Shown here piece after piece: positions 11,301 through 23,300 of a stretch of DNA of 64,000 nt. The DNA comes from Gekko japonicus. Its lineage: Eukaryota. Position numbers and translations under genes: made by a program. Location of the stretch: positions 906,594-970,593 of the forward strand of contig NW_015165838.1 in assembly GCF_001447785.1 (NCBI RefSeq), read 5' to 3'. The notes below the pieces were generated by a model. That model searched no databases. It had not been told where the DNA came from and saw only the letters and a list, made by a program, of their open reading frames with translations. Each line of letters starts with the position of its first letter. The stretch's first letter is position 1.

Positions 11301-14300
11301 TAAACCTTTGTTTTCAACAAGGCAGCTTGTTGCCTTCTCCTTCTGCCATGTATGTAAGTAGCTTGTCATGTGTGAAGCATAGTATATTGTAGTCAGGGTT
11401 GCCAACTCCAGGTTGGAAAACGCCTGGGGAGGTCAGGGTTTGTGGTGGGGTGGGACCTAATCCTATACATACACACACACACACACACATATACATATAT
11501 GCCCAAGCGTATTGGCACTTTCCAACTCTCCCATTGGCTGTGCTGTGTACTTCATTAGCCCATCAACTGCCACTCAAGAGTACTCACATGCCATTGGCTG
11601 GGTGCTGGGTCCGATCCCCCCCCCAGTCAGCTTGGCCACCCTTTCCTGTCAGAATAAACTGCCAAAACAGCTGTCTCTCACAACGAAGGTGATTCTCCGG
11701 CTTGGCTCCTCCATGGCTGGCTGGCTGGCTACTTAAGTGAGCCACCAAGCCATCAAACCATTCTCTTCTCCTCCTGCTGTGGGGCTCACTTTCCCCTCAG
11801 TGGCTGTTGCTAGGCAACCAAGCTTGGTTCTGTCAGTAAAAAGGCAGGGGCAGGAGGCCCTTTCCAGGCCTACTTTGGCCTTTGTGGGGAACTCATTGGG
11901 GCAAGTCCTGACTTGGGTTGCCAACTCGAGTTTGGGAAATTCCTGGAGATTTTGTGGTGGAGTCTACAGTTTGGGGAGGGGAGAGGCCTCAGCTGAATAG
12001 AATGCCATAGAGACCACCCTCCAGAGCAGTTATTTTCTCCAGGGGGAGAGAGATCTGTTGTCTGGAGATCAGTTGTGATACTAGGCGATCTTCAGGCTCC
12101 ACTTGGAGGTTGGCTACCCTAGGCCTGGCAGACTTGATGACACCTGACTGACATTACTTTATGAGGCCTGGCTGCTTGCTCCTATTCACCACCAGCAGCC
12201 CCCTGCCTCCTGGACAGCCAGTGTGGCATAGCAGCGCTTCAGAGCAGAGTCTGCAAGACCCAGGTTCTTGCTGTGGAAGCTGAGTGGGTGATTTCAGACC
12301 AGTCAGAGTTTTAGCCTAACCTACCTCACAGGGTTGTTGTGCAGATCTAAAGGGGAAAGGAGAATGATGTAAGCTGCTTTGATCCTCACTGCGGAGAAAG
12401 ACTGTACTTTTCCTAGGTAGAGGGTGCAGGGAGGGGGGAGGACTTGGAAAGCTGAAGTCAGAGGGGCAGATAAAGGTAGGTTGATAGTTGGCTGAGAAGG
12501 AGATAAGGGGGGGTGGCGTCAGAGCGGAATGCAATGGACGCTTGAACGTTAAGCTCCCCAGACCCTTCCCCCAAAACGCATCTAAGCCGACATTCACCAA
12601 GCCTGCACAACTTTCAGTGGTACCCCAAGATATGGGAAGAAATTCTGGACCGAAAACAAGAAACGCTACAACTGTGAGTAAAGGGGTCCCCTCTTACTTT
12701 CCGAAAACAGAGAGACCTGGGCCTCCTAGAAGCACTCCCGGTAACCCTTCTAAAATGGCGTTGGGCGGCACAAACCAACAGCCGGAAGGCCTTACAGTAT
12801 CCCGGCAAGAGTTCCATAACTCCCTACAAGCCCTGGAAAAGAATATGTCCACCACCATTGCTGATGTTGTAATTGACTACAGTGTGTATTTATTTAACTT
12901 TCGACTTGCTACCCTGCTCAAACCCCCCACCGGGGGTCTCTGAGCGGCTCTACAGTTAATCATTACCTTTACCTAAGGCCACATATATATGCTGGGGTGG
13001 GGACTGTCCTAGCAGCACCCAGTGGAGGGACGTTCTGGATTGGCTCGTCGGCACGGCTTCTTCTGGCTTCTCAATAGAGAATATTGTTCTCAATAGAGTT
13101 TCAGTTGTTAATTCTTACTGGTGTAACTTTCACATGATTTGGGAGTCTAAAGAAGGTTAATTCTGTAACCGAATAAAGCATAATAAAAACATAAAGCAGT
13201 TAAAAATATTAGTTAAAATGCAGAATTAAGAAACCCAGCCAAATCATAAAAGCAGAGATCATTGAGCAGCTTAAAATAACAGTCTTCAAACTAAAAGCAC
13301 CCTAGAAAATGGTGTTAAAACTACTTGACTCATCTGACCAATGTTTTAATTACATTTTTAAGGTCTTGCATGTATTTTGCGTTCTTGTCCAGTAGGAGGT
13401 GCAGGGGTTCCGCCACTGCGGGCTTCAGGGGGAGAAACGAATGATAAAAATTTAATAGGCTGAGGAAGGCCTGTAGTTCGGACTTGGATGTAGGCGGAGG
13501 AGCTTGAGTGATCGCCTGTGTCTTGTCCTCAGTGGGGTGAATTCCCGCGCTGTCCACCGCAAACCCCAGGAACTCCACCCTGGGCACTTCCTGAAGACAT
13601 TTTTCACGTTTGACCTTTAAGCCGGCAGAGTCAAACCTGTGTAGCACTGCTCGTAGTTGTTCCGCGAAGGCCGAGGCATCCGAAGCCGTAATGAGCATGT
13701 CATCTAAAAATGGCTGATCTCCCGGAATTCTTTTCAGGAGAGAATCCATAAAAGATTGAAAAATGCCTGGCGTGAACGACACCCCAAACTGCAGACGATG
13801 TACCTTGAAAGCCCCCTTGTGTGTCACTATCGTTTGGGCTTCAGCAGTGGCAGCATCCACCGGCAGTTGCTGGTAGGCCTGGGTCAAGTCCAGTTTGCCG
13901 AAGATCCGAGCCCCCACCAGTGCGGCTAACACATGGCTGACCACCGGTACAGGATAAGCGTGGTCCTGGAGGGCTTTATTCAATATGCACTTATAGTCGG
14001 TACAAACTCACATGTTGCTGTTAGGCTTTACCGGGGTGACTATCGGCGTCTCCCACTGTGCTGAAGCGACGGGCTCTAACACCCCCTGGTCCACCAAGCA
14101 ATCAATCTCTGCCTTGATCTTTGGCCTCATAGCAATAGGGGGGGTGTCTGGCCTTGACCCTGATGGGGCGGACGGCTGGGTCGAGATCGAGGGATATGGG
14201 GGCCACGGTGGAGCAGCCGAGCGTGCTGTCAAAAACCCTGGGGAATTCATTACACACATCCGCAAAGTCCTCAGCTTGAATCTGGTTTATTCCTGTGATC

Positions 14301-17300
14301 GTTATCCCCAGAGGCCTGAAGTCCCAGTAAGCTGGAGAGCCTCCCCCCCCCCAGCAAGTCCAATTGTCCGCAAAAGTTTTTAAATTGCACCGTAAACTTG
14401 CCCCAGCCCCACACCGCCACAGGGTTCTTGTTAAAGTCCCTTAACTTAAATCCCTGTGGCTTACGCAGAGGGGGTCCCCCCGTGGGCAGAGCGAGCGCAG
14501 CGTCTCCTCAGAAATAATGGAGAAGGACGACCCAGAGTCTATCTCCATGCTGCAGGGGGACCCCTCTATTAACACCGTTATGTGCACCTTATTGGGGCTA
14601 TCGGGGGGCAAGTTACATACCTGGTGCTGCTGGTGGTGGGCTGAGAGGGTATGAAGGTTTGTGTGGTGATCTGCCGAGGTCTGGTGGGTTGAAGTCTTCT
14701 GGGGCTGTCCACAGGAGCGGCAGACTCTGGCGAGATGGCCCGGCTTGTTACAGGTGCGGCAGACAGCGTCTCTGAATTGGCAAACCCGGCGTTCATGCGC
14801 CTCACTGCTACTGGCGCAGGATGGTGATGAAGAGGAGGCCTTCGCCGAGGAAGGTTCCACCAGGCGATGCTGCTGTTGGGATGAGCGGCGGCATACCTGA
14901 AGCACTTCCCTGTCTTTGGAGTTGTCCGACTCGAGGGCTGCTTGAATGCGATGTACCGCCTTTACGTGGTGGTCTTTTTTTTTTAAGCCCCCGGAGGGGA
15001 TTTTTTAAAATAATACTACATAAACTACCAAGAAAAAATAGGGTTAGGGGGACTACATTTAGGGAGAAAGAAAAGATAACCCAAACTAAGCTAAAAACCC
15101 AAGGTTAGGAGATCATTCCCTGTTAAAATGCTGTTAGTAAAAAAAAGGCTGTTAATAAACAATATACTTTGTGAGGTCCTTTGTAAGCTTATATGTTAGA
15201 TTGTCACTTGTTATGAGAAGATTTCCCGAGCGTCTCCTCCAGCTCGCTTCATAAAGGCAATTTGCAAAGTCCTTCCGCCTTTACATCTATACTAAAACTC
15301 TCTAAATTCTTGATAGCTTCTTAGACGTTCACTGCAGCCCAATCTTCTTCCATCCAAAGGAATAGAACCACTAATCTTAAGCCTCTTCCGCTCTGGTCTC
15401 GGGGTCCAGTGGCTTCTCAAAGGTTTTTTGATTATGAAGGGCACCTCCAGTTCTTTTTCCTCAGCAGACTTTAAGATGACACTTTCTAAGAACACTCGCA
15501 GGGAAGAAGTTAAATCCTTGTAAATTTTTCCTGTTTCTCTTGTACTTTTTCTTCTTTTCTCATTGAGATCGCTGCTTAATTTAGTGTCCATCTCATTCTC
15601 TCTTTTTTTTAAAATGAAGTTTTTTATTTTTTCCAAATTAATACAACAAAAAGCACATAAGCAAATAACACATGCTCTAATAACAGTAGGAAGATGTACA
15701 TAAGCAGGTTGTAGGGGTTGGATGCACAACAATAGACAGACAGCCGATAGAACTAAACGAGGTCTTGTTAAGAAACCTGGGGATTTAAGTTGTTACACTG
15801 GGCTTCTGCTTCTCCATCTCATTCTCTTTGAGAGCCCTCAATTCAGTTTTTTCTCCGATCGCCTCCTGGAGATGCCAAGACACAAATTGTTGATTTATCT
15901 TGGCAAGCTGCTAGTTAATACCAACAAGTTGCTCCAAGATCGGCTTGATGGCTTCTGCTACTAGTGCAGTGATGTCAACTTCCCTTCTTCTCCTCGGAGT
16001 TTTCGCAATCTTTTTTAGGGTATCTGCCATCTCAACGTTTTATTTTCAATAAAGTCTCTTTCTTCCTGGCTCTGCAAATTGCATACGCTGTTAAAAGCTC
16101 ATGGAAATCTCCCACAACAGGTTTACACGCTTGCAAATAAAGTCTTTCAGAAGTACCCATTTACAACTGTCTCTCTCTCTCCCCCTCCCCTCTTCCGTTT
16201 ATGTAAACGCGTCAAAAAGGCACCCCCCTCCAATTGCTTAAGGGGTTTCAGGGGGGGGGGATTTCGCTTCAAGTATCCATTTACAATCGTTTCTCTCTCC
16301 TTCCCCCTCCTTGTTTATGTAAGTGCATTGAGAGGCGTCCCTCTCTCAGCACGTTATCGCTCAGAAAGTTTTTCCTTTGAGGGGGAGGGATTTTGCTGTG
16401 CAGTACGCCTCCCCAGAGAGCTGGGGAAGGCATCCACCATCGTTTTGTCATAGAAACTGCCTCCTTTACGTGGTGGTCTTGATGCGCCTTTTTGTAGGCT
16501 GCGGCCTCTCGGAGCGCCTTATCTAGGTCTGGGTCGTCCTGGCTAACCAGTTTCCTCCGAAGCTTGGGTTCCCGGAGACCCAAGAGAAACTGGTTTAGCA
16601 AGGTGTCCACCAGGTCAGGAAAAGAGCACCTGGTGGCCGCCTGCCGGAGCCCAGCCAAGAACGCGTAAGAAGACTCGTTTGGACCCCGGACCCGCGCAAA
16701 GAAGTCCATGTGCTCCGCAAACTTTGTGGGTTTAGGTGAGAGGTGGTTGGACAGCGCTTTCACCAACACCACATAGGTCTTGTCCTTGGTCTGCTTAGGA
16801 GCAATTAGGTCCTTGAGTAGCAAGACGGTGTCTATACCACAGGACCGGAGGAGGTGGATCTTCTTCTTACCTGGGTCTACGATGTCATGGCAGTTGAAGT
16901 AGCTCTCCAGGATCTCAAGTCAGGTCTCCCACTATGCAGGGTGGGAGAGGTCGAAGGTGGCGATGCTTTCCTGGGATGTAGCCATCGTATTGCTTCCACA
17001 TGTTGGGTGAAGCTTGGGAACGGAGGCGGCGGCTGGAGCTAGGCATGGAGCGTTGCTGCTCTCGGGGTCAGCAGGGTGAGGTACGGAGCAAGGAGCAACT
17101 GGAGAACCGGGGCACGAAGCGGAACGGTGTGTGGCAGTCTCGGTGCTGGGATTTTTTGTTTTTGGATTTTGATCCTGCATGACTATAAATGATTTTTCTC
17201 TGCCTAGTAAAAGTGCCAGATTTTCTGTAGCAGAAAGCAGAGCGCTCCAATTTTAATGGAGCTTGAGTAATTCCACCTCATATAATCTTTTTATGTAAAC

Positions 17301-20300
17301 CACCTCATATATTTACCGAGGAAAGAGGAATAAACATGGTGAATAAGGCACAAATAGCAGGTCTTAAGATGTTTGATGCTTGTGATGTGCCTGCTGTCAA
17401 ACTTACTTCAACAGTGATGGGGCAGTGCCTTTATAACAAAGCTTCCAAGTCGCACCATCATTGCTGTCATGTCTTGGAGGCACTTCCACATCACGGTCTT
17501 CAGGCCATTCATGAATGGGCCAAACCTCAGGCCCTTGTGTATGAAAAGATGCTTACTTAGTAACTACTGGTACCAGTACCTGTGCCTCAGGAGTACTTTA
17601 CAGGCATTCATAAAATTGGGCTGTTAATCTATGATGTATTTCTTAAGGTTCTTACAACCAGTTAATTGTGTGCCAGTTCTTTATAATTATTTTTTTCTTT
17701 ATTTTTTTGTCTTCTGAGAGTGCATTCCAAACAAAAAGACAAGACCTCAGTGTTTCTTAGTCATTGTTCAAATTGAAATAGTAACCCCCAACTCTAAAAA
17801 ATGCAGATCGATTCAGACAGGTAGCCATGTTGGCCTGAAGCAGCAGAACAAAGCTTATACCTTGAATAAAACTTTGTTGGTCTTAAAGGTGCCACTGGAC
17901 TCAAACTTTGTTCTTTAAAAAATTCAGAAAGAGCATTAAGCATGCATTCTGGACTTTTTTTTTCAAATTATGCAGGAGCTGACTGTGTTGGAGCAACTGG
18001 ATGCTGGAATTAGGTACTTTGACTTTAGGATTGCTCACAAGCCTGATGAACCTTCTACGACTTTGCACTTTGTTCATATGCTATATACTACAGCTGTTGT
18101 AGAGGTACAGTTTCTAATTCTAATGAAAACAGACTTTTTAATTTAAGACCATTTCTGGTAGTTGATGTGCAACTAGCATCTGTATAATGTCGTGTGCGAT
18201 CCAGTTTCTGCGGCCAATGCTCTGGCTGAACTCTTACTGTGTACCAGGCATGGCTAACTTGCGAGTGAGAACTAGCCCAGCTGACCAGATTCTGTGGTGG
18301 AAAGCATCTGCAGTTGCCATAGCTTGTTGTAGAAATATATTTCTGATGTGATCTGCCTTGAGTCTCAGTGAGAAAGGTGGATTATAAATAACATAAGTAA
18401 AGAAATAAAAATAGTTGGTGGCAGATCAGAAATTCGTAGGTGTGCTCAGATCCTTGATATGCATGCTAGTGGCACCTTACACCTAGTTTCCAGGGTCCAG
18501 CTGGCAGAGGTTTTATTCAGTACACGTTTATTCCTCCAAGAAACTCAGGATAGCACATACCATCCTATCCTCTTCCATCGTATCCTCACAGGTAAGTTAA
18601 GCGGAGAAAGAGTGACTTGTCCAAGGATATTTAGCTAGCCTTATGGGACGGTGGTCACTTGAACCCAGGTCTCCCACTTTAACCACTGCATCAGGCTAGC
18701 TTTCTCTGTCCGTTGGGTATTGCAAGTGGTTTTTGGAGCTTTTTAAAGCTGAGTGCTAGCTGAAGACCAGTAGGGCCTGGAACACGCATTGATTATTTCC
18801 CCTATTCTGTGTCAGATGTCTTTGAGTAAAAGGATGAAGTAAAGTTCTTTCCAGTGTAGAAATACGGGACACAGTCCACTGAGTAGTTCTCTTATACAAG
18901 TGAAATGCAGCTGGGCTGAAGCACATTACTGTGCATTTGTATGAAACGTCTTCATTTTAGTGGTGCTTGCCTAGGAAGACTGCCCAGAGGTTGTACCCTA
19001 AGACTTCATCGACATCAAAGTGCCATCAGACTCTAATAGTACAACCTTTGGGCAATTTTCCCATGCAAACATAGTCTGAATGGGGTTGGATGAATTGTTC
19101 ACAACTGGAGAGGTATCAACAGTCAGAGGTTATCCTTGTGATAGATGAGAGCAGATGGGGGAGGGCATTTATGAAGACTGACCAGCTCTGAGGCCCCACC
19201 AGGGCTCGGAGAAACCTTACCTGGCTGGATAGTCATGAGTGAAAATGTGGAATCATGTTGATATGTTAGACACCTCCCTGTTGGCTGAGCAAATTCTGGT
19301 GGGCTCTGTGTTCTAGAATCCAAGGCTCAGATGTGTTAAGGCTTTTTTAGACACATGGGAGGGAGACCTGAAAAGAAGCTGCCTTTCCCATGCAGGTGTG
19401 TATGCGACTGTGGGAGGACAGTGTGGCCAGGAGAAGGATGGCCTCCTCTTTATGCATCCACCCATTTAAATCTCCCCTTGGGGGGTGGGATCAGATGCTC
19501 AGGATGTATGAATCTCAAGTAGGTTAGCTATATTTCCATGTTTCCCTTTTTTAAAGTCTGTACTCTAATCCTGTACCCCAGCCTTGCCCTGGATGGCCCA
19601 GTCTAGCCTGATCTTGTCAGATCTCAGAAGCTTTGCAGGATTGGCCTTTGTTAGTACTTGGACAGGAGGCCACCAGGGAAGTCCAGAGTTGCAATGCAGA
19701 GGCAGGCGATGGCAAAACACCTCTGAACATCTCTTGCCTTGGAAACTCCATGGAGTAGCCTTAATCGGCACCAACTTGATGTCACTTTCCACCCCCACCC
19801 TAATCCTGCAAGCTGTAATTACTTAGGAGTTATGCCTGTAGAAATAAGGTTGTATTAGTTAAGAAAGGGCATTCCTACCTAACAGGCCTTACTGCTGGCT
19901 CACACTACAATTGCAGTCTCCTTTGGCTTGCTGCTTCTGGCAGCCAAACTAGAGCTGGGGCAGCAGCCAGGAGGTGGTGGCCGCTACTGAAGGAAATGGC
20001 TCTGAACTCTCCTTAAGCTGATATTGGGAGTGGGGAGCATGAGGGATTTCTGCTGAATGTTATCTCCCTCAGCCAAAAAATAACTTCTGTCTCTTGGTTG
20101 CTTGAGAACTATTTGCCTGAGTAGGGAGAGAGGGTAGCCTGCTGGAGCAAAAAAATCACAATCCCTGTATCCAGTTTCAGTGTTTTGTTATCATTCAATA
20201 GCCCGATTCAGGGGGGAAAAGTTACACTTTGTTTCCTCTAAAAACTGCAATTGTGGCTGAGTTTCTTTAGGCTGGGGCCACATAGTATGCATGAGTTATG

Positions 20301-23300
20301 ACAGTGTGAAGTTGAATGGTGCATGCTTCATAGTGCTAATGCTCAAAGCATTAGGTCTCAAGACGTTTTACAAGTGACCATCAGTCAGATGAGTTCTGAG
20401 CTAATTAAAAATTCAGCAGTGTCCACGTTGACTCAGGAATGCTGAGAGACAACCAGTTTGTATTAAATTTACTGTCTGGAAGTTATTAAGATTCCATCAG
20501 GAGGCTCAAGAACAATTATAGTCCCTCAAACATCTCCAGCCCTAAGGGTCCAAAATTTGAATCATATAACATATTTGGGATTCTCTTTATTGGTGTCCTT
20601 CTTTTTAAAGGGCTTGGAACAATGGCTTCTAAATAGTTAAAAATGTGATTCTAGCATTCTTACAGGGCAATCTATGCAGAGTTACTCCATTCTAAATACA
20701 GAGGCTGTAATCTGCTTACATCTAATCCCGTCTGAGCAGCCATCTATTGGAGTAACTATTACTGCTGTCTGCTCATTTTTTAAAGATGAGGTAATTATAG
20801 GTTAGATGGAACAACTTATTTTTCACAATTCAGAATTAGATTGTGACCAAGTCATGGAAATACATTCTCTTAATGAGGTGGTTGAAATCCACTTAAATCT
20901 GGCTGTCACGACTCAGGTGGGGTGTCACCTGATGCTGCCACCACTCTGGTTTTAGGAGCCCTTAAGAAGGCCCAGAGCATCCTCCCAAGGCCCTCAGGCC
21001 TCCCTTGTTTGGCCGAATAATATGCATGAGGACCAGGCAGAGTAAATGACAAAAGGTTTATTTTTACAGGAGGTCAGCCCAATATGGGAAACAAAATGCC
21101 CTAACGTGACTAGACTCAAAGTCCCTAGTTCACTGTCTCAGTTGGGCCTTCTTCTCAGGGGGAGGGTCTCTCCCAGCAGCAGCCTTCCCTCTGGCCCTGC
21201 TCTCTTGGAAGAAAGAACAGCTCTTCTTCTGTACCAGGTCTTTTATTATAAGTCCCCTTTCTCTGTGATTGGCTAAAATTGGCACCAAAACCTCTCAGGG
21301 ACTTCTGGAAGTTATAGGCCTGGCCTCCTCCCACTGTTACTCAGGCTACCTGTGCCTGCTAGGCCTCTTCTTGCACAGCCCAGATCATGACACTGCCCTA
21401 TAATGCACTATCCCAAAAGCCACTTGCTGCCTGCCTTTCAAGCCTTCTACTGCTAATTTGTACCAAATCATTATTTCAGGCTATATACTCATGATGTCTT
21501 TCATTGCTGCCATGAATTAAATCATAGCTGAGAATCTTCTGCAGTGATGAATGGGCTGGCCCCCACCAAGTTTGGAAACCTTGCCCTCTGTGATATGTAG
21601 GTTTCAGGGAGATTAACTGACCGGATGGCTGTGCTCATGGCATTTTTTTGAGCTGCCAACAATCTGGATTTCCTTTTTAATAAAAAACCATTATGCTAAT
21701 AGTTAAAAAGATGGTTCTTGAGCCAGTTTCATCTGAACTTGGAATGGAACTATCTTGTAGGAGCAACAGTCAGTGATGCACTGATGGAGCTACATTCTTC
21801 AGTGAAACAAAATGGGGAAGAGGTGTGTACCCGTTGCAGTTCCCACTAGTCAAGGGATTGTTAGATTAGGGTTTGTGTTTTTTGAGATAACTGTGAGGAG
21901 ATTCTAATGGATCAGATGAAGGACTTGAGCACTTAACTTGCTGTTCCTTTTCAGAGTATCCAAACCATGATCCTCTCTATTCACAGATGCCTTTTGCTAA
22001 CAATTTTTTTTTTTGGGGGGGAGTCCTGAATATTTATTTAGTGGAGTCCTGAATAATATACTGCAGGTAGTATTCTCTTGAATTGGCTATTACTCCTTCT
22101 GTTGGTACTTCAGTAAGCATACTGCTGATCCTTTGTCTCAGCATGCAGTGGGAACGGGTTGAGGTGGTAAGGGTCAATACTCTGGTATTCATGTTGACAT
22201 CCGTGCACGCATAGGTTTCCAAATTTATTTTTGCGAGCTAGACAGTTAATCCGCATGCAGAAGAGGAATTTGCCATAATGGAAACGAACAGCGAGTATGT
22301 AATGGAACTTCCAATGAACTTTAGATCATACCATGGGAATCTAGTGTACTAAATTTAACATCAATGTTCTCTACCCAATATACTACATTTGTGGGGAATT
22401 TGCAGGATTTTGCCTCTCTATTACAGAAAATTGTATTTGACCTGGGCTAAATCTTGATCCCCCGTTATAACACCACATTTGTTAGAAGAGATAAGTATTG
22501 AACTATGCAACAGTAATTTGTTCCTAAATTGTGAGGAATTGATTATTAATTGATATCAATCTTGAAGAATTATTTTTCTGTATGCCCAGAACTGACTTGA
22601 TGTTAATATAATTTGAGGATGGTTTAATGTGGGCCTGAGTGTTCAAAGAGAATTTTGAACTCAGATAGCTGATTTTGGGTGGTGGCATGTGACTGCCAGT
22701 CTCAGAATTTGGTTTTGGGCAATACTACTAATTTCTCTGTAGCCTGTTGAAATTATATAGGGACAAGTGGGGAAAGGCGGTACTCATGGGGAGGAGAATC
22801 CTGATTTTGGGTGGTGGCATGTGACTGCCAGTCTCAGAATTTGGTTTTGGGCAATACTACTAATTTCTCTGTAGCCTGTTGAAATTATATAGGGACAAGT
22901 GGGGAAAGGCGGTACTCATGGGGAGGAGAACTCCCCCCATTGCTGCCATTTTCCCACACCTAATTCTCTCCTTATGGCTCAGTGGGAGGGCTGGGAGATT
23001 CATGGTGTGGGGGGAAATCCCACATTGCCAAGCCTGGTGCCGCTCCAAGCCTACCACCTACTATTGAGCCCCGCGTCCTCCACCACCACAGCTGGGCTCC
23101 AGGTGGCTGCCAGCATCCTCTGCTGCCATGGCTGGGCCCAGAACGGTTGCCGGCATCCACAGCTGGGCTGGACTGGAGCGGCTCCATTCTGTTCTGGTAA
23201 GAGCATTTTCTGTGCGTGCATGTGCAGACAACGCAATGTATTGGGGGGATTTAACCCTCCCTATATATTTTTGTTTCGATTTCAGATTTTTCTGCTAACC

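Noticed and set aside
13330-17180. Domesticated Gypsy-derived gene
   Set aside because: Multiple stops and frameshifts, a nested insertion in gag, and no RNase H or integrase.
19583-19685. 5S rRNA gene
   Set aside because: It is diverged and fused to a retroposon tail.
20904-21392. 5' LTR belonging to the Gypsy remnant at 13.4-17.2 kb
   Set aside because: It has its own TSD, and a PLCXD1 exon lies between the two.
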